From contig NIVC01001101.1 in NCBI GenBank assembly GCA_002269645.1, positions 310,001 to 374,000 of the forward strand: a stretch of 64,000 nt of DNA, in the 5' to 3' direction. The stretch comes from Macrostomum lignano. Taxonomy: Eukaryota. Both the position numbers and the translations under genes were made by a program. Below the pieces are notes generated by a model that had not been told where the DNA came from, made no database searches, and saw nothing but the letters and a program-made list of their open reading frames with translations. Shown here one piece after another: positions 1 through 12,046 of the stretch; position 1 is the stretch's first letter; the number at the start of each line of letters is the position of its first letter.

Positions 1-886
1 CGTTAATCCACCAGTAAAGAGTCACCCTAATCCCTCGTTAATCCACCAGTAAGAATCTCCCTAATCCCTCGTTAATCCACCACTAAGAATCTCCCTAATC
101 CCTCGTTAATCCACCACTAAGAATCTCCCTAATCCCTCGTTAATCCACCAGTAAAGAGTCACCCTAATCCCTCGTTAATCCACCAGTAAGAATCTCCCTA
201 ATCCCTCGTTAATCCACCACTAAGACTCTCCCTAATCCCTCGTTAATCCACCACTAAGAATCTCCCTAATCCCTCGTTAATCCACCAGTAAAGAGTCACC
301 CTAATCCCTCGTTAATCCACCAGTAAGAATCTCCCTAATCCCTCGTTAATCCACCACTAAGAATCTCCCTAATCCCTCGTTAATCCACCACTAAGAATCT
401 CCCTAATCCCTCGTTAGTCCACCACTAAGAGTCACCCTAATCCTTCGTTAATCCACCACTAAGAATCTCCCTAATTCCTCGTTAATCCACCAGAAAGAGT
501 CACCCTAATCTTTCGTTAATCCACCAGTAAGAATCTCCCTAATCCCTCGTTAATCCACCACTAAGAATCTCCCTAATCCCTCGTTAATCCACCACTTAGA
601 GTCACCCTAATCTTTCGTTAATCCACCACGAAGAATCTCCCTAATCCTTCGTTAATCCACCACTAAGAATCTCCCTAATCCCTCGTTAGTCCACCACTAA
701 GAGTCACCCTAATCTTTCGTTAATCCACCACTAAGAATCTCCCTAATCCCTCGTTAATCCACCACTTAGAGTCACCCTAATCTTTCGTTAATCCACCACG
801 AAGAATCTCCCTAATCCTTCGTTAATCCACCACTAAGAATCTCCCTAATCCCTCGTTAGTCCACCACTAAGAGTCACCCTAATCCC
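1..886. repeat. 34-bp minisatellite (CGTTAATCCACCACTAAGAATCTCCCTAATCCCT), copy 1; also 10981-12029 and 22661-23709, remnants 35701-35769 and 55637-55680
   Basis: Unit read directly; two main variants (AATCTC / GTCAC). Confidence 0.97.
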
Positions 887-903
887 CTTTAAATCCTCCC
901 CAG

Positions 904-3248
904 GCCGAGGCGGCAGCTCAGGCCGCTCGGGAGCGCGAAGAAGCCGAGCGCCTTGAACGCCGTCGCAAACTCGAAGCCATCATGAATCGAGTCAAGACCA
1001 CTCCGGCCTCGTTGCCTAGCAACGATCCCACATCCGGAGACTCGGCAGACAGTCAAGCTCAGATGCCTCAGCTACCCATGCCAGCCGCTGACGAGACGCC
1101 TTCAACAGCTGCAAACCAGATGTCAGCCTCGATGCTGATCTCTTCAGCTGGCACCGCGGCATCTTTGTCGACGCCCAGCATGTCCGCTTCAATGATGTCC
1201 GCCTCCTCGTTGAGCACCAACGGCAACGGCAGCAACCCTGCCCTGGCTCGGCTGGTTGCTACTGGCCGGCTCAAAGGCACCAAGGCGGCCGAGATTCTGG
1301 CTAGGCACGCTGTGCCGTCGACACCGCGGGTGCCGCTGTCGCAGCAGCAGCAGCGGCAGGAAAAGGAGGAGGAGGGGGACACCTCCGTCAGCAGGTCTGC
1401 TGCCGCCGCCGCCGATGCAAGGTAAGATTTTAGACCCGTTTATTGACATTGCCTCATTCTTGAGTCACCCCATTCTATGAATCGCCCCCTTTTATGAATC
1501 GCCCCACTCTATGAATCGCCCCATTATATAAATCGTATCATTCTATGAATCGCCCCATTCTATGAATCGCCCCATTCTATGAATCGCCCCATTCTATGAA
1601 TCACCCCATTCTATGACTCATCCCATTTTAAGAATCGCCCCATTCTATGAATCGCCCCTTTTTATGAATCGCCCCACTCTATGAATCGTCCCATTATATG
1701 AATCGTATCATTCTATGATTCGCCCCATTCTTTGAATCGTCCCATTCTATGAATCACCCCATTCTATGACTCATCCCATTTTAAGAATCGCCACATTCTA
1801 TGAATCGCCCCATTCCATGAATCACCCCCATTCTATGACTCATCCCATTTTAAGAATCGCCACATTCTATGAATCGCCCCATTCCATGAATCACCCCATT
1901 CTATGACTCATCCCATTTTAAGAATCGCCACATTCTATGAATCGCCCCATTCTGTGAATCACCCCATTCTATGAGTCACCCCATTCTATGAATCACCTCA
2001 TTCTATGAATCACCTCATTCTATGAATCGCCCCATTCTATGAATCACTTCATTCTATGAATCACTTCATTCTATGAATCACTTCATTCTATGAATCACCC
2101 CATTCTATGAATCACTTCATTCTATGAATCACCCCATTCTATGAATCACCCCATTCTATAAATCACCCCATTCTATGAATCACTTCATTCTATGAATCGC
2201 CCCATTCCATGAATCACCCCCATTCTATGACTCATCCCATTTTAAGAATCGCCACATTCTATGAATCGCCCCATTCCATGAATCACCCCATTCTATGACT
2301 CATCCCATTTTAAGAATCGCCACATTCTATGAATCACCCCATTCTGTGAATCACCCCATTCTATGAGTCACCCCATTCTATGAATCACCTCATTCTATGA
2401 ATCGCCCCATTCTATGAATCGCCCCATTCTATGAATCACCCCATTCTGTGAATCACCCCATTCTGTGAATCACCCCATTCTATGAATCACCCCATTTTAA
2501 GAATCACCCCATTCTATGAATCGCCCCATTTTAAGAATCGCCCCATTTTAAAAATCGTCATCAGTAAAAATCGAACTTTCTTAAGAATTGCCTCAGCTGA
2601 AAAAATCGCCCTAATCTACTTTCTATGGAATTTTTTTTTACAGAATAAATTACCTGTGTAAAAATAGTTTACTTTTTTCAATACCCTACTTGTAGTAGAA
2701 ATATAAAGAAAAATACGTTAAAAATGATTCTCTACTATTAGTAAAAAATATCGTTTATAAACTCGAACGCATGCAGACTGAACGCCAATGCCAATCGATC
2801 GAATTCCGAGTCTCCAACAGTTGAATTTCAAGCCGAAGTTCGCGACCAGAACGACAATGACGACGACGATAGCAACAATGCTGCTGCTGCTGCTGCTGCT
2901 GCACAAGAAGACCAGGAAGTCGCCGAACAGGACGAAGACGTGGACCATCCGGCTTTAGTGGCCAGCAATGTTGAAACTCGCCTAGCCGAAGTTCGCGCCA
3001 GACTGGCGGCTTCGAGTACTCGAAGTCAAAAGCCTGACGGCCTGCTTGGCGAGACAATCTACTCAGTGAGAAGTTCAGCCGATGCTGTGCGGCAAGATGC
3101 AGGCCCGATAGCAGCTGCCTCTGTTGCAGACAATGCAGCAGACACTTCGGTTGCTAAGGATGAGAACACGGAGAGCGGGGTCAGCTCCCCGGGCGATGCA
3201 GGCCCGCACTCGCCATTGGCTGTCATGGCAACTGCAGGCAACAATTGA
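904..3248 (+). CDS. Last two exons (904-1421, 2777-3248) of a MAP7/ensconsin-like gene, copy 1
   Basis: CAG acceptor at 903, GTAAG donor at 1422, CAG acceptor at 2776; phases join (AG+A = Arg) and end at TGA 3246-3248. AAREREEAERLERRRKLEAIMNRVK resembles the MAP7 C-terminal ERKKRLEEIMKRTR motif; family call rests on this short motif. Confidence 0.65.
1461..2556. repeat. 17-bp intronic minisatellite (CCCCATTCTATGAATCG); also ~12604-13700 and ~24284-25380
   Basis: Unit read directly; fills the MAP7-like intron. Confidence 0.95.
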
Positions 3249-4538
3249 ATTATTATTGAGTGATTGTTATGTATATCATGCATATATTATGATATTGCCT
3301 ATTGCTCAATATATTACTCATTTAGTAGTATGCTATTATACTGTTAATATATTTGCGCTGTGAATTAGTGAAAGTAAATTGGTTATTAATAAATCTATCT
3401 ATTTGCCCTTTGCTAATTTGTTGTTTTGGTCGCAGAAACTAATTTGCTTTTATGTTGGTCTTCATTCGCAATCTACCCCTATTTGATAAAGTTTTTTTTA
3501 TGAATTTTATTTCTATTTTTAGTTGCTTTTATTGCCGTCTTTTTGTGTGTTTTTTGTTGGAAAATATAACAATTGCTCTGGTTACAAAAGCCATCCCAGA
3601 CTCTGTGTCGGCTTCCCATTGTTGGTTCTCCGTCATCTCCCATGAATATTTGTCATTCTTCATTGCCATTTAATCATTAAAAACCCCGAGTTTGATTCTG
3701 TGTTTTAGTCTGTTTATACTACTGCAGCAGCGTGAGCAGTAGCGTGATGCAAATATTAATGCGGATATAAATTTAACTTGAACTGCTATTTTTAAAAGAA
3801 CAACATAATCGACTTCTTAATTAATTGAATTGCTACTCAACTTGTCTTCAACCTAGCTACTAAAAGTAGTATTGATTCAATCTACAATGCAATGCAAATG
3901 AGCAACCGACTGCAATATACAATCGTAAATACAAGCATTATTTACGAGTGTATTAACTCTATTTTTTAGCTTTTATTTATTTTGACTTCACTCTTACGAG
4001 CGTGCAATTTCTGATATAAACAGAACCCGCTTGCTCTAGTTTCACCTGGATGAAGTGTGTTTGCGTTTATTTTTCTTCATTTAGACTGTATAATTTGCTT
4101 ATACGACCTACTAATCAGTAGTAATGAACGAATATTCGTATATATTTTTGGTGTGCTTTCCTAACTATAATCAAATTTTCTAATACACTTAACTGAAGCA
4201 TCATTGCTACTCAGTGGCCTGATTCGCTCTTTCGTCTATTGCTACTTTTTCAGTAGTACCTTGTGTACATCCGTTACAAACTTTGTCGAGTTGAAAGCAT
4301 CAATAAAACAAAATAAACTGACTGAAAAATGGGTTATTGTCCAAAAACTGCTTGACTAACGATCTGTGAGCTTTTCTACACTTGAACTGTGTACTTTGGC
4401 AGAACTAGCTCTAATTGATATTGCCTTGTGTTGTCATCTATTCATTTTTCCTCATTTTAGTTTACTAAGCCACATACAAACAACTCAGTTTTAGGATATA
4501 GGATTGAAGTATTTAAAGAGGGAAAGCCAACCACATTA

Positions 4539-4780
4539 CTCACCCGCAATGTACAATCGCTGCCAGACCAGACCCGCTACAACCCCACCCCTCACCCGCA
4601 ATGTACACTCGCTGCCAGACCAGACCCGCTCCAACCCCCACCCATCACCCGCAATGTACACTCGCTGCCAGGCTAGACCCGCTACAACCCCCCAGCTCTC
4701 ACCCGCAATGTACACTCGCTGCCAGGCTAGACCCGCTACAACCCCCCAGCCCTCACCCGCAATGTACACTCGCTGCTAGG
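4539..4780. repeat. ~53-bp C-rich minisatellite (CACCCGCAATGTACACTCGCTGCCAGACC...); also ~15680-16118 and ~27359-27797, remnant ~55690-55738
   Basis: Unit spacing 52-53 bp read directly. Confidence 0.93.
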
Positions 4781-6429
4781 CAAATCGCAATTCAGCAGCC
4801 GCTGAAGCCTCTGTCACCATCGCATGTTGCACCTGCAGTCGTTCTCAACTGCCTCATGCACATGACATACCGGATGCAAATTAGTCAACTGCTTGCTGTT
4901 CCTCTTCAACCCTGCTCATTTGCAATACAGGCAGATGGTGTAGACTCTACTAATGATTGATGAAGCAGATGCTGCAACTTTGCCTGATGGTGATGGCTCA
5001 TTCTCATCACCATCAAAGTCCATAATCGCACTGCTTGTGTGATTTCTTGTACGCCTGAAATAAAAGGTGAAAGAGAGAGAGGGTCCTGTCATGCAGTATA
5101 TAAGTTTTTTGCCAGTTTACCAAATACATATATGCTAGATAACAGCCAGAAAAAGTAGTCAAGCAAGGCTAATGCTACTACAGCCCCTTTCCTTATTTAA
5201 GCTGAGCTCTTTAGTTTTTTTAAAAGAACAAGATAGCAATTATTAATTTATAAAAGGATTACACATATTGTAAACAACATAAACAAACAACTATTTCTGA
5301 ATTAATTATAATAAAAGGAAAATGATAATATAGTACAATATAAATATCATAGTACCATCGAGATCTAACCTTTGCTTAAGTTGGCCAAAATAGTTATGAA
5401 TAGTTTCTTAAATATTTAAACCCTTTAGCATAGAGAAATTTCTTAGGAATGGCATATGTACCGTCACAGGAAAATTTCAAAGTGAACAGTGCAAGTCTCA
5501 TGAAAATTGGTTGATTCACATTTCACAGAAATAGAGACAACTCATTTCTAGTATATTGGATTTAGTTAGTCAGGAAGTCAGCATCAGTTTAATTCATTTA
5601 AATTGGTCATGGGTAAATGCTTTAATGCTTATAGAAAAGGCCCTTTTGTCAAAAGAATATAAGTTACGAAAGCTATAGTTAGTAGAGTTACTATTAATAC
5701 TAAACAGTGTTATGGAGATATATAGTTAATACAATGCTTATAGCCTTTCATAAATAATATATTTATAAATATATCTGGTATTAACCCTGATGATGATGGC
5801 ATATATGAGTATGCAAGCTACCATAATCGTGCAGATCTTACAAATGCAAATATACTTTGAATGCTTGTTACTCGTAAAGTTGAATACTATCAATACCATA
5901 ATCTATCAATATTATTGGTAATAATACCAATACTATCTTACACTACCAACTAGGCCCTTATCCGAAGGCCCTATCCAATGTAATTATTGCAATGTGTATT
6001 GTACCTGGATAAATTGCTAAAGGAAGTTTCTTTGAAAGATTTAAATTAGGATGGTTTTGCAGGGAAGTAATAGCTGAAAAAGGTATTTGGACGAGTCCGG
6101 GTCAGTTGAATATGTGCCATTTTATTATCGCAGACAGCAATACAATAATTATAAGAAAAATTATAACTCACATTGTAAGTTTTGTTCTGAAATTGTGTTG
6201 CATGAAAACTATTGCAATAATAATTATTTTTTCAATTTTTTTCGACTAGTGCTCAGCTTCATCGGAAATGACTGGCTCGACGCTGCGCCCCCGCGCTGCC
6301 ATCGCAACGCCGCCACCCCAAATGATGAGTTGGGAAGCTGCATAAAGCCCGCAGTCCTGCAGCTGGCGAGAGGCACAAAAGCGACAAGCACATCCCATCT
6401 CCGTAAGACTCCCCACAGCCGCTCTGACC

Positions 6430-7185
6430 ATGCAGACTTTGTCAATTCTGCCGCTGATTCTCTGCTGTTGCATCGCTCTCGGCCACTCGCTGGGCGCTGA
6501 ATTCGGCCACTTGGGCTGCTTCGTGGACGAAGGAACTCCAAACCGAGACCTCACCGGTCTTGTTGGCTTGTCCACCATCGGGCCCCACTCGAAGACGCCG
6601 GGTGAGGGCGACGTCGCACATAGCAGCATGACTTTGGAGCTTTGCAGCGAAATCTGCGCCTATGGAAAATTCCGCTACTTTGGTGTTCAAAATTCAGCTG
6701 GTTGCTTCTGCGGAAACTCGTACGGCAAACACGGCAAGGCAGCCGACAGCGACTGCAACATGGCCTGCGCTGGAAACTCCGCCCAAATCTGCGGAGGGTC
6801 GGGGCGAAACTCCGTGTACCGGCAGGTCTACAATCGTCCAGGTGAGCGTAGCGGAATTTACAATCAATGCTGTTCTACTTTTACATGTACATGCACTTCC
6901 CCACTTGCCCACCAGAGTAGCGGAGCAGTCGATATCTCTTCTGTCTTTTCAGATAGCGAATATTTTGCTTTGGCTGACCGAGACTACGTGAACGTGACCT
7001 CTACCCGCGGGCCCTTCTACCGCACCGAGCAGCCCGTCAGGAGTCTGACTGAATGCCTACTAGCTCGCTGCGTCACAGACTGCCAGGCCGTGCTGTTCCA
7101 CCTGGACGCCTGCCACCTGCTGAGATTCCCCGTTCTGCCGCACGAGCTGAAGAACGTCGCTGGGAAGTTCGCCACCCGCGTGTGA
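6430..7185 (+). CDS. Secreted WSC-domain + PAN/apple-like protein, copy 1 (probable intron 6842-6952)
   Basis: Hydrophobic signal peptide; WSC pattern LGCF...C..IC...YFGVQ...CFCG...C.M.C.GN..Q.CGG...SVY; C-terminal ECLLARC..DC.AV.F...CHL. Confidence 0.88.
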   Translation: MQTLSILPLILCCCIALGHSLGAEFGHLGCFVDEGTPNRDLTGLVGLSTIGPHSKTPGEGDVAHSSMTLELCSEICAYGKFRYFGVQNSAGCFCGNSYGKHGKAADSDCNMACAGNSAQICGGSGRNSVYRQVYNRPGERSGIYNQCCSTFTCTCTSPLAHQSSGAVDISSVFSDSEYFALADRDYVNVTSTRGPFYRTEQPVRSLTECLLARCVTDCQAVLFHLDACHLLRFPVLPHELKNVAGKFATRV

Positions 7186-8505
7186 GGGACCACCTGATTC
7201 GAAGCAAGGAGTCTCGGCTGCTTAAGCCTTCTGGTTGCTGAACTCTGATTTCTGACACCATCCGATTGCTGCAAGTCTAACCATAGGGCATAGTTAATTT
7301 ATACTCAAGACAAATCACCTGAGTTGAAATAAAATGACAATATTCACTGCCGAAAAGAAAGAACTTTAGCGGCTTCTGAGCAGTAGCTTATTGGCAAATA
7401 AATTCGTTTTTTATCCTGATCGATCGAGCCAGCTACAGCAGGCACAATGGCAGCAGTAGCAACCAAAGCATATTGCTGACACACTATTGACTCTAAGCAG
7501 TATCAGATTCACAAGAACGAATCAGATCCAGAAGCCACTCCACAACAGCTTCTGGTAGCTGACATCCCAGGTTCACAATATGCTAGCATATGGTTTAAAC
7601 GCCTTAAAACCTTTAGCACCTGCACATTTATAACTTCGTACTTATATAAATGGAAGTGAGAATAGGAATCGCAGCATTCGATGGATAGGATGGCAGAGTA
7701 CCGACTGACCGAAAGTACAAACTAGTCTGACGAAGCTTTTAATTAGTTTAACAGCAGTCAGTGAGCAGGCCAGATGCAGGTATAATATTTTTTGCTCACA
7801 GTGCTTTTCGATAATCACTCTAGCATGTGCAAATGTAGGTAACAATTGACTCGTCCTAGGGATTGCTTTCCACAAAAACAATTGCTGAATAATGCTGAAA
7901 ACAGAGGTGATTTTTGCACTAGTTTGTGGCCGAGTGTCAGTGGTAGGCGGGGGGGGGCCACCGCGGGGGGCAGGGGGGCATGTTCCTCCCAGTAAGCTAT
8001 AAAATTTGCGCATATTGGTTGCCATGGAAACGGGTAGGAGGCTTCTTCATTGATTTTTCAACTGCAGAAAAACCCACCAATTTATCCCATTAGCATGCAG
8101 GCACTTCGTCTGTGCATGCAGCGTTTGGTGTATGAGGCTGAGCTCATCCCCAACGCATCATCCGTTTTAACTGTAGCATTGAACTACGCGCTGCCGACTC
8201 TCCTGTGTGAGTCCGACAGATAAAGTTTTTTTTCTGGGTAGGGCGATCAGAAATAAACTTAATGCATGTGAAGTGACATGGAGTGAGGTGTGGAGTTGGG
8301 AAGAGGCAATAAACAACCTCTCTGTAATGCAGTTGACAACTGGAAAATAGCAGACTGCTCAATTGCTTTCAGTTAGCTTAGCTTGCATTGATCGCTTTAT
8401 ACGAGCTTACATACTCGTACTAACGAAGCGCTTTGTACATGTTTTCGTTATTCCACACTTTTGAATCATGCTTCAATTGGCTGTATTGAGTTAGTTTACC
8501 ATAAA

Positions 8506-10743
8506 GAACTGTGATGTGTCTTAGTTTGACCATAGACAACTGTGATGTGTCTTAGTTTGACCATAGACAACTGTGATGTGTGTCTTAGTTTGACTATAGA
8601 CAACTGTGATGTGTGTCTTTGTTTGACCATAGAAAACACTGTGATGTGTGTCTTAGTTTGACAATAGAAAACACTGTGATGTGTGTCTTAGTTTGACCAT
8701 AGACAACTGTTATGTGTGTCTTAGTTTGACCATAGACAACACTGTGATGTGTGCCTTAGTTTGACTATAGACAACTGTGATGTGTGTCTAATTAGTTTGA
8801 CTATAGACAACTGTGATGTTTGTCTTAGTTTGACCATAGAAAACACTGTGATGTGTGTCTTAGTTTGACCATAGACAACTGTGATGTGTGCCTTAGTTTG
8901 ACCAAAGACAACTGTTATGTGTGTCTTAGTTTGACCATAGACAACACTGTGATGTGTGTATTAGTTTGACCATAGACAACTGTGATGTGTGCCTTAGTTT
9001 GACTATAGACAACTGTGATGTGTGCCTTAGTTTGACCAAAGACAACTGTGATGTGTGTCTTAGTTTGACCATAGACAACTGTGATGTGTGTCTTTGTTTG
9101 ACCATGGACAGCACTGTGATGTGTGTCTTAGTTTGACAATAGAAAACACTGTGATGTGTGTCTTAGTTTGACCATAGACAACTGTTATGTGTGTCTTAGT
9201 TTGACCATAGACAACACTGTGATGTGTGCCTTAGTTTGACCGTAGACAACTGTGATGTGTGTCTTAGTTTGACCATAGACGACTGTGATGTGTGTCTTAG
9301 TTTGACCATAGAAAACACTGTGATGTGTGTCTTAGTTTGACCATAGACAACTGTGATGTGTGCCTTAGTTTGACCAAAGACAACTGTTATGTCTGTCTTA
9401 GTTTGACCATAGACAACACTGTGATGTGTGTATTAGTTTGACCATAGACAACTGTGATGTGTGCCTTAGTTTGACTATAGACAACTGTGATGTGTGCCTT
9501 AGTTTGACTATAGACAACACTGTGATGTGTGCCTTAGTTTGACCGTAGACAACACTGTGATGTGTGTCTTAGTTTGACCATAGACAACTGTTATGTGTGT
9601 CTTAGTTTGACCATAGACAACACTGTGATGTGTGCCTTAGTTTGACCGTAGACAACTGTGATGTGTGCCTTAGTTTGACCAAAGACAACTGTGATGTGTG
9701 CCTTAGTTTGACTATAGACAACTGTGATGTGTGTCTTAGTTTGACCATAGACAACTGTGATGTGTGTCTTTGTTTGACCATGGACAGCACTGTGATGTGT
9801 GTCTTAGTTTGACCATGGACAGCACTGTGATGTGTGTCTTAGTTTGACAATAGACAACACTGTGATGTGTGTCTTAGTTTGACCATAGACAACTGTTATG
9901 TGTGTCTTAGTTTGACCATAGACAACACTGTGATGTGTGCCTTAGTTTGACCGTAGACAACTGTGATGTGTGTCTTAGTTTGACCATAGAAAACACTGTG
10001 ATGTGTGCCTTAGTTTGACCATAGACAACTGTGATGTGTGTCTTAGTTTGTCCATAGAAAACACTGTGATGTGTGTCTTAGTTTGACCATAGACAACTGT
10101 GATGTGTGCCTTAGTTTGACCAAAGACAACTGTGATGTGTGTCTTAGTTTGACCATAGACAACTGTGATGTGTGTCTTTGTTTGACCATGGACAGCACTG
10201 TGATGTGTGTCTTAGTTTGACAATAGACAACACTGTGATGTGTGTCTTAGTTTGACCATAGACAACTGTTATGTGTGCCTTAGTTTGACCGTAGACAACT
10301 GTGATGTGTGTCTTAGTTTGACCATAGAAAACACTGTGATGTGTGCCTTAGTTTGACCATAGACAACTGTGATGTGTGTCTTAGTTTGACCATAGACAAC
10401 TGTGATGTGTGTCTTAGTTTGACCATAGAAAACACTGTGATGTGGGTCTTAGTTTGACCATAGACAACTGTGATGTGTGTCTTAGTTTGACCGTTGACAA
10501 CTGTGATGTGTGTCTTAGTTTGACAATAGACAACTGTGATGTGTGTCTTAGTTTGACCATAGAAAACACTGTGATGTGTGTCTTAGTTTGACCATAGAAA
10601 ACACTGTGATGTGGGTCTTAGTTTGACCATAGAAAACACTGTGATGTGTGTCTTAGTTTGATCATAGACAACATTGTGATGTGTGTCTTAGTTTGATCAT
10701 AGACAACATTGTGATGTGTCTTAGTTTGACCATAGACAACATT
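8506..10743. repeat. 33-bp minisatellite (TAGTTTGACCATAGACAACTGTGATGTGTGTCT); also ~19986-22423, and 31676-32226 plus 33836-34028
   Basis: Unit read directly; +2 bp variants; higher-order blocks. Confidence 0.97.
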
Positions 10744-12046
10744 TTGATGAATGCTGAATTCTTCTAAGAAAGCAGTAAGAAAGAAATTAAAAGCTGCTTG
10801 TGTGATTTCAAGCTACTATAGTGCTGGTGCCTCTCGTCAAACAGCTGTGCTTATTATAATTGGATTATTATTAATTAATCTTCCTTTCGACAGTCACAAT
10901 GATTTCCAGATTGGATACCGGTACATCAAGAAAGCTCATCAGGAGAAGCAGTCTCTGAAAGCCAAGAAGCGCTCGGTAATCCGCCACTAAGAGTCACCCT
11001 TATCCCTCGTTAGTCCATCCCTAAGAGTCACCCTAATCCCTCGTTAGTCCATCCCTAGGAGTCACCCTAATCCCTCGTTAATCCATCACTAAGAGTCACC
11101 CTAATCCCTCGTTAATCCACCAGTAAGAGTCACCCTAATCCCTCGTTAATCCACCAGTAAAGAGTCACCCTAATCCCTCGTTAATCCACCAGTAAGAATC
11201 TCCCTAATCCCTCGTTAATCCACCACTAAGAATCTCCCTAATCCCTCGTTAATCCACCACTAAGAATCTCCCTAATCCCTCGTTAATCCACCAGTAAAGA
11301 GTCACCCTAATCCCTCGTTAATCCACCAGTAAGAATCTCCCTAATCCCTCGTTAATCCACCACTAAGACTCTCCCTAATCCCTCGTTAATCCACCACTAA
11401 GAATCTCCCTAATCCCTCGTTAATCCACCAGTAAAGAGTCACCCTAATCCCTCGTTAATCCACCAGTAAGAATCTCCCTAATCCCTCGTTAATCCACCAC
11501 TAAGAATCTCCCTAATCCCTCGTTAATCCACCACTAAGAATCTCCCTAATCCCTCGTTAGTCCACCACTAAGAGTCACCCTAATCCTTCGTTAATCCACC
11601 ACTAAGAATCTCCCTAATTCCTCGTTAATCCACCAGAAAGAGTCACCCTAATCTTTCGTTAATCCACCAGTAAGAATCTCCCTAATCCCTCGTTAATCCA
11701 CCACTAAGAATCTCCCTAATCCCTCGTTAATCCACCACTTAGAGTCACCCTAATCTTTCGTTAATCCACCACGAAGAATCTCCCTAATCCTTCGTTAATC
11801 CACCACTAAGAATCTCCCTAATCCCTCGTTAGTCCACCACTAAGAGTCACCCTAATCTTTCGTTAATCCACCACTAAGAATCTCCCTAATCCCTCGTTAA
11901 TCCACCACTTAGAGTCACCCTAATCTTTCGTTAATCCACCACGAAGAATCTCCCTAATCCTTCGTTAATCCACCACTAAGAATCTCCCTAATCCCTCGTT
12001 AGTCCACCACTAAGAGTCACCCTAATCCCCTTTAAATCCTCCCCAG

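Noticed and set aside
1-886. Interstitial telomere
   Set aside because: Only one CCCTAA per 34-bp unit, never in tandem.
4504-4960. MYTRCQ-repeat ORFs (also 15645-16210, 27324-27890)
   Set aside because: Translations of the 53-bp satellite; frames differ between copies.
4790-5060. Possible minus-strand exon (acceptor near 5057, MDFDGDENEPSPSGK...)
   Set aside because: Stops within ~40 codons and no recognisable similarity; cannot support a call.
6087-6629. 137/105/127-aa ORFs overlapping the WSC gene 5' end
   Set aside because: TTG starts, AT-rich biased composition or antisense shadows; no domain.
8926-9812. ORFs MLSMVKQRHTSQ / MCISLTIDNCDV (also 20371-21257, 31665-32154)
   Set aside because: Translations of the 33-bp satellite; the frame is broken repeatedly by 35-bp variants.
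10800-10830. CAAGC microhomology deletion as the origin of the repeat junction
   Set aside because: Better explained as the empty site of the Gypsy insertion: AGCA TSD and TG...CA ends at 34100-35532.
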